A stretch of DNA of 64,000 nt from Gammaproteobacteria bacterium (GTDB taxonomy: Bacteria; Pseudomonadota; Gammaproteobacteria; Eutrophobiales; Eutrophobiaceae), in assembly GCA_012103475.1 (NCBI GenBank), contig WLWS01000002.1, positions 618,081 to 682,080 on the forward strand, in the 5' to 3' direction. The notes under the pieces were generated by a model, which made no database searches, was not told the DNA's origin, and worked only from the letters and a program-made list of their open reading frames with translations. Below, one piece after another: positions 19,455-27,532 of this stretch. The translations under genes were made by a program, and so were the position numbers. Each line of letters begins with the position of its first letter. Within the stretch, counting starts at the first letter, position 1.

Positions 19455-20306
19455 GTGAATAGTAAAATGAACACTGGGGTTGACGAACAGAAATTTGTAG
19501 CCATCGTATTGGCGGGCGATCGTAGTAATGCTGACCCGGTTGCAGCTCATTCCGGGACAAGTTGTAAGGCGGTGGCCGATATATACGGAAAACCGATGGT
19601 GACTCGAGTGCTCGATGCTCTCCAGGCAAGTGGCAGAGTTAAATCGATAATTCTGTGCGGTCCAGCTCAGACTGGGCTGGACGAGTGCCCCGAGTTACTC
19701 AATCGTATAGAAACAGACGGTATTCAATGGCTTCGGAATTCGGAATCCCCGAGTCGCAGTGTCGAAACGGCGCTCGAGCTTGTCGATGAGTCAGAACCGG
19801 TTTTTCTCACGACTGCCGATCATGCTTTGTTGTCGGCTGATATTGTCAGGTATTTCTTAAGTGAAGCTCTTGATAATCAAGTGGATTTTAACGTCGGGCT
19901 GGTTGATTACTCTACAGTACAGAGCGCCTACCCGGAGGTAAAACGTACTGTCATCAAGCTTAAAGAAAAAGGAGTTTGCGGTTGTAACCTGTTTGCCATA
20001 ATGACTCTTGAGGGACGGAAACTAGTCTCGTTCTGGCGCAATGTGGAACAATCTCGTAAAAAGCCCGCAAAAATGCTTGCAGGCGTGCTGGGTGTAGGTG
20101 GTGTCTTGTCTTATCTGTTGCATAGACTGACTATTGAAGGTGCGCTTGAAAAAGTCTCGAGTAGACTGGGTGTCAAGGTAAAGCCCGTGATTCTGCCCTT
20201 TGCCCGGGCCGGAATTGATGTTGATACCGTCAAAGACAAACTTCTGATAGAAAAAATACTCGCTAATGACTCAGTGACAGTTTCAAGTGAAAAACCTGCT
20301 AACTAG
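19455..20306 (+). CDS. MobA-like (NTP_transf_3-type) nucleotidyltransferase with a C-terminal extension
   Basis: 283 aa. FVAIVLAGDRS...GKPMV pattern. AAGGA lies 5 nt upstream of the GTG at 19455; an alternative ATG is at 19467. Confidence 0.65.
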   Translation: MNSKMNTGVDEQKFVAIVLAGDRSNADPVAAHSGTSCKAVADIYGKPMVTRVLDALQASGRVKSIILCGPAQTGLDECPELLNRIETDGIQWLRNSESPSRSVETALELVDESEPVFLTTADHALLSADIVRYFLSEALDNQVDFNVGLVDYSTVQSAYPEVKRTVIKLKEKGVCGCNLFAIMTLEGRKLVSFWRNVEQSRKKPAKMLAGVLGVGGVLSYLLHRLTIEGALEKVSSRLGVKVKPVILPFARAGIDVDTVKDKLLIEKILANDSVTVSSEKPAN

Positions 20307-21040
20307 CTAATATTTGAAGGGGCGAGAATTTCCTGAGCGGATTCCAAATCATGGATGAAGTCAATTTCTGCCCAGCGATGCCCGGATATTGAGCAAGACG
20401 TGACTTTTCCATCTCGTGCCATAGCATCGACAACTGACAGAAACCAGGACTTTAAGCCTGAGGGTTTACGCATAGCATTTTCGACCGAATTTCTAAATTG
20501 GCGTGGGCCGTCACCACGGAAATAGAGCATGCCGATCGATTCCGCGTGAGTTTGCTCTGGACTGAGGATTTTGCTGACCCCTTTGACTTGCCTGTCTTCT
20601 AATGTGACTTTCATATCATCTTCATCGTACTTTTCCTTGAAATCTATCGTCAGGGTTACCGGGGCAGACTCTGATTTTAAAACATGTTCCAATAAAGATG
20701 TTTCATACACGGTGTCGCCATTAATTAGGAGAAAATCCTCATTCATCTCCTGGCGAGCAAGCCAGCAACTTGCCAGATTGTCTGAAACATTGAAGAAAGG
20801 GTTAAAAACAAATCCTATTTGAGGTTTATCCGCATAGTTTGAATCGAGTAAGTTCTCGACTTGTTCACTATGAAATCCGGTAATAATGCTGATTTCTGTA
20901 ACATTACAGGCAAGAAGCGCATCCAATTGCCACTGCAGCACTGATTTGCCTGCAATTTCCAACATGCATTTCGGACAGTTTTCGGTCAGAGGTAAAAGCC
21001 TGCGCCCTTGCCCTGCGCTAAGTATTATCGCTTTAGTCAT
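20303..21040 (-). CDS. Sugar/alcohol-phosphate nucleotidyltransferase (LicC/IPCT-like cytidylyltransferase fold)
   Basis: 245 aa. N-terminal AIILSAGQGRRLLPLT...PKCML signature. Its 3' end overlaps the convergent gene by 4 nt. Confidence 0.8.
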   Translation of the reverse strand: MTKAIILSAGQGRRLLPLTENCPKCMLEIAGKSVLQWQLDALLACNVTEISIITGFHSEQVENLLDSNYADKPQIGFVFNPFFNVSDNLASCWLARQEMNEDFLLINGDTVYETSLLEHVLKSESAPVTLTIDFKEKYDEDDMKVTLEDRQVKGVSKILSPEQTHAESIGMLYFRGDGPRQFRNSVENAMRKPSGLKSWFLSVVDAMARDGKVTSCSISGHRWAEIDFIHDLESAQEILAPSNIS

Positions 21041-21170
21041 AGTCAGGCTTTATCGGGTGATTCATACTCATAATTTTGAAAAGATAACTTGCTGAATTTC
21101 AGCTGCGTATAATACATGCTGATAATTATTATACCATTCACAGCGGAGCTGAATTTACAGACTAAGGTAA

Positions 21171-22244
21171 ATGACCAAGATAGAACGTTACATATTCCTT
21201 GAGGTACTTAAGCCTCTTGCCGCAGTCCTAGGAATTCTGGTTGGATTATTTGCCTGTTTTAGCAGCGCTCGCTATCTGGCTGAAGCAATAACGGAAACTC
21301 TTGGTTTGGCGCTTATGCTCAAGCTGGTGTTTTTGAAAACAGTCATTGCACTTGAAGTTCTGGTTCCGGTGGCGCTCTATGTCTCAATTATTATCGGTCT
21401 TGGACGTATGCATCGTGATCAGGAAATAATTGCCATGCGTGCAGCTGGCATTCGTGGCACCCGGATAATCCGGGCTATCCTCTGGGTCGCGATTCCTGTA
21501 GGACTAATTGTTGGCTTATTGTCCGTGATAGGCAGGCCCCTGGCTTATGCCGATAGTTATTTACTGGACGCCAGAGCCAATGCGGAATTAAATACGGATA
21601 GATTCCAGGCCGGTCGTTTCTACGGAAATGAGGACAGCGGCAGAGTAGTCTACATTAACAAAAAGAACGAATCTTCAGGGCAGATGAGTGAGATATTTCA
21701 TTACATTGACAAGCACGATGCGAAGGAGATTATCGTTTCAACTCGTGCTACCCAACAAGCTGCGCAAGACGGGCTTCGCAATGAACTTCATCTCTTTGAT
21801 GGCACCATCCACAGGTTGATGTACGGAGAAGAAAAGGATGAAGTGATTACTTTTGAAAAACTGGTTTTGTATATCGACAATGCCGAAGAGGATATTGGTT
21901 ATAAAAGAAAAGCCGCCGCAACCGTCGACTTGATCCATTCGGAAGAAGCCAATGATGTGGCGGAATTGCAATGGCGTCTGTCAAGGCCCTTAGCTACGCT
22001 CTTACTAGCTCTGATAGCTGTGCCACTAAGCAAATCTTCTCCTCGACAGGGCCGGAACGAGAAAATATTCACCGCAGCGATGATATTTGCTCTCTATTAC
22101 AATATAAGCGGGCTTGCTCGCACCTGGGTGGAGCAGGGAGTAGTAGGGAGTTTTCCGGGAATTTGGTGGCTGCAAGTAGTACTTGTTGTTCTTGTCGCGA
22201 TAATGTTACTGCCTGAATTCAGAACTGGGAGACGTGTCCCATGA
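21171..22244 (+). CDS. lptF: LPS export ABC permease LptF
   Basis: 357 aa. MTKIERYIFLEVLKP... N-terminus and YjgP/YjgQ-type topology (3 TM, periplasmic domain, 3 TM). ATGA coupling to lptG. Confidence 0.85.
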   Translation: MTKIERYIFLEVLKPLAAVLGILVGLFACFSSARYLAEAITETLGLALMLKLVFLKTVIALEVLVPVALYVSIIIGLGRMHRDQEIIAMRAAGIRGTRIIRAILWVAIPVGLIVGLLSVIGRPLAYADSYLLDARANAELNTDRFQAGRFYGNEDSGRVVYINKKNESSGQMSEIFHYIDKHDAKEIIVSTRATQQAAQDGLRNELHLFDGTIHRLMYGEEKDEVITFEKLVLYIDNAEEDIGYKRKAAATVDLIHSEEANDVAELQWRLSRPLATLLLALIAVPLSKSSPRQGRNEKIFTAAMIFALYYNISGLARTWVEQGVVGSFPGIWWLQVVLVVLVAIMLLPEFRTGRRVP

Positions 22245-23305
22245 CTCTCCTGGAAAATTATATTGTCCGCCAAATTGGAGCAGGGCTCGCCATATCTGCA
22301 GCGGTTTTAATACCTTTGTTCAGTTTTCTTGACCTTATTGAACAGCTCGATGATGTCGGAGAAGGCTTCTATCGAACTAGAGATGCCTTTATTTATGTGA
22401 TCTACCTTCTCCCAAGACGATTTATTGAATTGGCGCCTTTTATTGCATTATTGGGAACCGTGATCGGTCTTGGAAGGTTGGCTGTTAATCTGGAGTTAAT
22501 TACCATGCGTGCGGCTGGTCTGTCACCCATGCGAATTAGTCTGGTTGTGCTCAAAGTGGGTTTTTTCCTACTCATTTTATTGACTGTGCTGGAACAATAT
22601 GTCGCACCAAAATACCAGCAAAAAGCGATATCTCATCGTGCTGAAGCACTGGCGCAAAGTGCAGAGTTAGGAAGTGATCTCGGCACCTGGACTCGCGATA
22701 AGAGTCAGGTTTTACGAATTGGAGAGAGTGCGCCGGGAAGTCTGATGCGTGATATTGAGATAATGACCTTTGATCAAGATGGATCTTTGAGGGAACACCT
22801 AAATGCGGAATACGCTGAAATAGTTACCGCAAGTGAATGGGAGCTCTCAAACGTCACTCGCAGAAAATTTTCCAAAAGAAGTCTCGAGACCAGCCATTTT
22901 GAGAATATTCTCTGGAGACCTTTTCTTAATTCTGAGCAGATGGCGACTTTAAACAGACCAGCTGAAAGTTTGTCACCGGTGGAGCTATATCAATACGTTA
23001 GCTATTTGAAAAAAACCGGACAGAAGTCCGATGCTTATGAACTGGCTCTTTGGCGTAAATTCGGCGGCGGACTGGTCACCATTGCCATGCTCTTACTTTC
23101 TGTACCCTTCGTATTCGGTTCGGTGCGAGGTGGCATTGCTAACAGACTGGTCCTGGCAGGAATTACCGGGATTTGCGTTTATTTGCTTGACCAGATTGCA
23201 GCAAACGTTGGCTTACTACTGGATCTTAGCTTTCCTCTTGTTGCCCTTGCGCCAGGATTGATCCTGATCTGGATAGCGGTGGCGTGGCTACAACGTATCG
23301 CCTAG
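22241..23305 (+). CDS. lptG: LPS export ABC permease LptG
   Basis: 354 aa. LENYIVRQI..., LELITMRAAGLSPMRI, and the same topology as LptF. Confidence 0.85.
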   Translation: MTLLENYIVRQIGAGLAISAAVLIPLFSFLDLIEQLDDVGEGFYRTRDAFIYVIYLLPRRFIELAPFIALLGTVIGLGRLAVNLELITMRAAGLSPMRISLVVLKVGFFLLILLTVLEQYVAPKYQQKAISHRAEALAQSAELGSDLGTWTRDKSQVLRIGESAPGSLMRDIEIMTFDQDGSLREHLNAEYAEIVTASEWELSNVTRRKFSKRSLETSHFENILWRPFLNSEQMATLNRPAESLSPVELYQYVSYLKKTGQKSDAYELALWRKFGGGLVTIAMLLLSVPFVFGSVRGGIANRLVLAGITGICVYLLDQIAANVGLLLDLSFPLVALAPGLILIWIAVAWLQRIA

Positions 23306-23327
23306 TCCGGGCCGGTGTTCCTGCTTG

Positions 23328-24320
23328 TCAGGCGGCCGGAAGATTAAGTTCAAATTCTTTAAGCACAGAATATGATTCTGCCTCGATTTCCAATCGGCGC
23401 GACTGAACTCGCAGGCTCCACCCTTCAGGAATTCTTTCAATTTCATATAGATTATAACCGGATCGTTTACTCGTTGAAGTTGAGAGAACTGAGGCAGAAG
23501 CAGCCCCAATCACAGGTATTTTCAATTTATCACTCTGCAGAAAATCCCAAACCGGATAGTGGCCATGTCCATGAACAATCAACTCCGCGCCATGGGAGAC
23601 AATTGATTGTCGAAATTCATGAGCATCTCTGAGTCTTTTTCTAAACTTATTACTAGTCTGCAAAGGACCGTGATGAAGCATCACAATTCTGAACAGGCCC
23701 ATTTTTTTTGTTTTCACCAGTAATTGCTCAAGGTCCTGAATTTGTTTTTGGCCCAACTCACCGGTAGCAAAAAAAGGCGAAGTTGGCAGTGCTGTGGACA
23801 GACCAATTATTGCCAGCGGTCCACGTTGTCTAAAGCTGGGGAAAAGCGGGGGCTTATGATTGTCAGAATTGACACTGTCACTTGCTATATAGTCTGACCA
23901 CAGGCCAAAAGTCCGGCTTATATCATCTTTTGTGTAGTAATCGTGATTTCCGGGAATAAGCGAGATATTTTCCGCTGTGCCAAGATCCGACAACCAGCTT
24001 CTGACCTGTCGACATTCTGCAGCAGTTCCGATGTGAGTAAGATCTCCACTGATGAGCAAATGCCCAAGCTCATTGGAACTGAGATCGTTAAGTAACTTGT
24101 CTAGAATATCCAGACGTTGAATATGTCGGCGCGAAAACCTCCAGGACAAATAACCCAGTATTCGTTTGCTCAGTAACTGCTGCCAGCTTACACCGCTCAG
24201 ATCACTTAAATGCGGATCAGAAATATGGGCTATACGGACGGGGCCGACGCCATTATTAGCAGATGGGGGTAAAAATTTCATCATGCCTGTATCATATCGT
24301 CCGAATTTACCAATAGCCAC
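23328..24320 (-). CDS. Calcineurin-like metallophosphoesterase
   Basis: 330 aa. Motifs ISDPH, GDLTH, GNHDY, MLHH and GHGH. The track start at 24320 is GTG; an ATG at 24284 (MMKFLPP) is a plausible alternative. Confidence 0.8.
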   Translation of the reverse strand: MAIGKFGRYDTGMMKFLPPSANNGVGPVRIAHISDPHLSDLSGVSWQQLLSKRILGYLSWRFSRRHIQRLDILDKLLNDLSSNELGHLLISGDLTHIGTAAECRQVRSWLSDLGTAENISLIPGNHDYYTKDDISRTFGLWSDYIASDSVNSDNHKPPLFPSFRQRGPLAIIGLSTALPTSPFFATGELGQKQIQDLEQLLVKTKKMGLFRIVMLHHGPLQTSNKFRKRLRDAHEFRQSIVSHGAELIVHGHGHYPVWDFLQSDKLKIPVIGAASASVLSTSTSKRSGYNLYEIERIPEGWSLRVQSRRLEIEAESYSVLKEFELNLPAA

Positions 24321-24352
24321 AATGTGAGCCGAGAAGAAAGTTAGAAGCTGCT

Positions 24353-25561
24353 ATGAATACATTATATGTTTACCTGCTGAAAGATACGGAGACGGTTTTG
24401 TGGGGTTTGAGTGGGAAATCCCGACTCGTTCGCATGCTCGAATCAAAAGCAGGGATGGTTCTTGTAGAGTCCCTGGATGAGATTCCGGATGAATCCTGTG
24501 TTCTATTGTTGCTCAGTGATTACCTGTATGACCCGCGTATTTTGAGCAATTTGATGTCTGGTTCTGAGCAACTTGCCCTTAAGGCAAGTACTGAAGAAAA
24601 CATTGTGGCGGCAAAGGTTGTTGTAATTAATGCCCGCCAGGCCAGTCTGGAGTTGTCAGGAAAATCGGAATTCAGTTTGCTTTCTGAATTACCGTCTGTA
24701 CTGCCTGAAGAACTTGTTAAAGCATATGATGCGAAGTTACTTAAATACGATCCCCCAGAAATATTAGCAATCAATGAACAAAACAAAACTCAGCTCGAAA
24801 ATGAATTATTCAATGGTTCTTACAAGGGTATCACCGATATCGTTACCAAATGGCTTTGGCCCTTACCGGCAAAGGCAGCTGTCAAATTCTGTGTCAAACA
24901 GGGTCTTTCTGCAAATCAGGTAACATTATTCAGTTTTGTTTTGGCGCTTCTGGCAGGTTTCGCTTTTGCTTATGGATTTTTCATTTCCGGCCTGATGATG
25001 GGTTGGTTAATGACTTTCCTGGATACTGTGGATGGTAAATTGGCTCGAGTGACTGTCAGTTCAAGCAAAATCGGCGATATACTTGATCATGGACTCGACC
25101 TCGTTCATCCACCACTATGGTATCTGGCCTGGGCCCTTGGAATAGCAGGTGTCTGGATGTCACCGACTCTGGTGATGCCTATGTTCTGGATTATTCTACT
25201 GGCCTACATTGGTGGTCGTTTTTGCGAAGGCGCTTTTGATCTCTGGATAGCACCTTTTCGTTTATTCCTCTGGCAACCATTTGATTCATACAATCGTCTG
25301 ATCACAGCCCGACGCAACCCTAACATGATTTTATTAACAGCCTCATTATTTTTTGACCGCCCGGATCTTGGACTTTACTCAGTTGCAGCCTGGCACGTTT
25401 TCTCCACAATAATTCTTTTCATCAGAGTTATTATGGCTATGAAAGAGAAAAAACGGGTGGGTGAACTGGAAACATGGCTCAACACTATTGACCCGGTAAA
25501 TGATCTCGGCCGTCTTGAAGTTCGCCTGTTTACGCGGCTTTCCAAATCCAGTCTGGTGTAA
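24353..25561 (+). CDS. CDP-alcohol phosphatidyltransferase with an N-terminal extension of about 150 aa
   Basis: 402 aa. The family motif D-G-x2-A-R-x8-G-x3-D-x3-D is seen as DTVDGKLARVTVSSSKIGDILDHGLDLVHP, with multiple TM helices after residue 170. Confidence 0.8.
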   Translation: MNTLYVYLLKDTETVLWGLSGKSRLVRMLESKAGMVLVESLDEIPDESCVLLLLSDYLYDPRILSNLMSGSEQLALKASTEENIVAAKVVVINARQASLELSGKSEFSLLSELPSVLPEELVKAYDAKLLKYDPPEILAINEQNKTQLENELFNGSYKGITDIVTKWLWPLPAKAAVKFCVKQGLSANQVTLFSFVLALLAGFAFAYGFFISGLMMGWLMTFLDTVDGKLARVTVSSSKIGDILDHGLDLVHPPLWYLAWALGIAGVWMSPTLVMPMFWIILLAYIGGRFCEGAFDLWIAPFRLFLWQPFDSYNRLITARRNPNMILLTASLFFDRPDLGLYSVAAWHVFSTIILFIRVIMAMKEKKRVGELETWLNTIDPVNDLGRLEVRLFTRLSKSSLV

Positions 25562-25566
25562 ATAGT

Positions 25567-26556
25567 ATGACTGAGTATACGCAACAGCGATTCCGTAAAA
25601 TCGGAATTCTGTGCAATCCGAAAGCGGGCAGGGTCAAAAACAAAACCGGAGAGATAAGAGCCCAATCAGAATCGCTTCCCGGTGTCGCTTATCGCGAAGC
25701 GCGAGTCCCTGAAGAATTTGCAATAGTGATTAAGGAATTCGTTGCGTTAGAAATTGATTTGTTTGTAATTATTGCCGGTGACGGTACTATTCACGCGGTA
25801 CTGACACAAATTTTCAACGCGCACCTTTTTCAAACCACCCCTGTCTTGTCATTTGTTCCTGCGGGAACAACGAATATGACAGCACTCGATAGTAAGATGA
25901 ATGGCAAGCCCGAATTAGTTTTGGCCAGATTAATTCAACAGTTAAAAGAAGGTAGTCAGCCTCAGATAAAAACGCAGAAACTAGTCAAAGTGCAATGTGG
26001 TAAAACAGAAAGCCAGTACGGCTTTTTCCTCGGGATCGGTGTAATCGCAGAGGCGGTAGCTTATTTTCAGAACAATATTAAAAAAACCGGGTTGACAGGC
26101 GAGGGGGCTTCGGCAATTGTTTTTATTCGTTTTCTGTTAATATTGGTTTTCAATCGACGTCAAATAAACCAATCAATAATCGAGCTTCACTCGGATGATT
26201 TCCAATTCAATCAAGGTCCCTGTCTTGTCTTGCTCATTAGTTCTTTACACAGACTTTTGTTCGGAATGAGACCTTATTGGGGGTCTGAAACTGGGGCACT
26301 TCATATGACCCTTGTCAGTGAACCACCACGAAGATTATGGCGTTCGTTGTTTGCCTTATTGAATGGCAAAGGACATCAACTATCTGAAGAAGATGGCTAT
26401 TCGAGTCACAATGTGAACAAAGTGTCTATTAAGATGAAAGGTAAATACGTTATTGATGGAGAGATATATTCGGTATCACCCGACGCAATGGGGATTGAAG
26501 TAAGTGCCGATACCTCTGTGTCAATTTTACAGCCTGAGGAGCTCCTCCGTGCCTGA
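25567..26556 (+). CDS. Lipid kinase of the DAGK catalytic / LCB5 family (diacylglycerol, sphingosine or ceramide kinase-like)
   Basis: 329 aa. Motifs ILCNPKAGR, VIIAGDGTIHAVL and PAGTTNMTA. Confidence 0.8.
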   Translation: MTEYTQQRFRKIGILCNPKAGRVKNKTGEIRAQSESLPGVAYREARVPEEFAIVIKEFVALEIDLFVIIAGDGTIHAVLTQIFNAHLFQTTPVLSFVPAGTTNMTALDSKMNGKPELVLARLIQQLKEGSQPQIKTQKLVKVQCGKTESQYGFFLGIGVIAEAVAYFQNNIKKTGLTGEGASAIVFIRFLLILVFNRRQINQSIIELHSDDFQFNQGPCLVLLISSLHRLLFGMRPYWGSETGALHMTLVSEPPRRLWRSLFALLNGKGHQLSEEDGYSSHNVNKVSIKMKGKYVIDGEIYSVSPDAMGIEVSADTSVSILQPEELLRA

Positions 26557-27511
26557 TGCTGTCAATAACCTGGCCCCACCTGCGGCTCTGGTTGCAGAAA
26601 AAGCATCTGAATGTGCGCGAGTCGTACCTGGTGGCTTTCATGTTTTTGTCGGAGCTCTGGAGAAACATTTCGGAGAATCGCTGCAAGCGGTGCTTTTGTA
26701 TGGTTCCTGTCTCCATAGCTATGATCTTAAAGACAGTGTGGTCGACCTCTATGTGTTGGTTGACGATTATGACAAAGCCTACACTAGCTCATTATTCTCA
26801 TACTTGAACAAGATTGTTCCACCAAACGTGTTTTATCTTGAATTGGAACATGAAGGAATGACCCTGCGTTGTAAGTATGGAGTAATAACACTGAGTGATT
26901 TCGAAAAGGGTGCATCTTCATGGTTTCACTCTTATATCTGGGGCAGATTTTCACAACCGGTCCGATTACTTTATTTTCGAAATGAAGACGCAAGATTAAA
27001 AGTGTTAGAGACACTGGCTCAGGCTACTATTACGTTTTTGCGCGCCACTGTGCCAGCTCTTGGAAGAAGTGTCGTAGATACTGAAACAATCTGGAGTCGC
27101 GGTCTCGCGCTTTCATATAATGCAGAGCTTCGTCCTGAGCAAAAAAACAGGGCGCGGCAACTAACACATCTGAACATGGGTGATTATATTCGTCTTACTG
27201 CTTATTCACAGGAAATGATTGAACTGCTTGAAGCTTTACCACATGACAGATACAACTGTACAGCAAATGAAAAAGAGTGCCTTCGGGCATTACGTAAATG
27301 GCGTTTTCGAAGATGGCAGGGCAGAGTGTTGTCTGTTATGCGCTTAACTAAAGCAGTATTTACTTTCAGAGACTGTGTCGACTATGCCGCGTGGAAAATA
27401 GAAAGACATACAGGAATAAAAATTGAGCTTACTACCCGACTACGTAATCATCCGATCTTATTCGGTGGGAAAGTGCTGTGGCAGTTGATAAGGCAAGGAG
27501 TAATGCACTGA
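26504..27511 (+). CDS. Tam41/Mmp37-like nucleotidyltransferase (phosphatidate cytidylyltransferase-like)
   Basis: By eye, its blocks align with yeast Tam41 blocks. LLYGSC matches GYGSG, VDLYVLVDD matches IDIILGV, NVFYLE matches GVYFNPF, RCKYGVITLSDF matches VKYGVVSMETL, SYIWGRFSQPVRLL matches FYLAGRLQKPVKIL, and LSYNAELRPE matches LSYAGDIRY. The start is uncertain: GTG at 26504 gives a 53-nt overlap, while GTG at 26549 gives an 8-nt overlap with the kinase stop. Confidence 0.65.
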   Translation: MPIPLCQFYSLRSSSVPDAVNNLAPPAALVAEKASECARVVPGGFHVFVGALEKHFGESLQAVLLYGSCLHSYDLKDSVVDLYVLVDDYDKAYTSSLFSYLNKIVPPNVFYLELEHEGMTLRCKYGVITLSDFEKGASSWFHSYIWGRFSQPVRLLYFRNEDARLKVLETLAQATITFLRATVPALGRSVVDTETIWSRGLALSYNAELRPEQKNRARQLTHLNMGDYIRLTAYSQEMIELLEALPHDRYNCTANEKECLRALRKWRFRRWQGRVLSVMRLTKAVFTFRDCVDYAAWKIERHTGIKIELTTRLRNHPILFGGKVLWQLIRQGVMH

Positions 27512-27532
27512 TGAACTTTCAATTATTTCATT

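Noticed and set aside
19354-19629. 91-aa minus-strand ORF across the start of the MobA-like gene
   Set aside because: It is antisense to a gene with a recognisable nucleotidyltransferase N-terminus, and its sequence is Pro/Arg/Tyr-rich with no motif.
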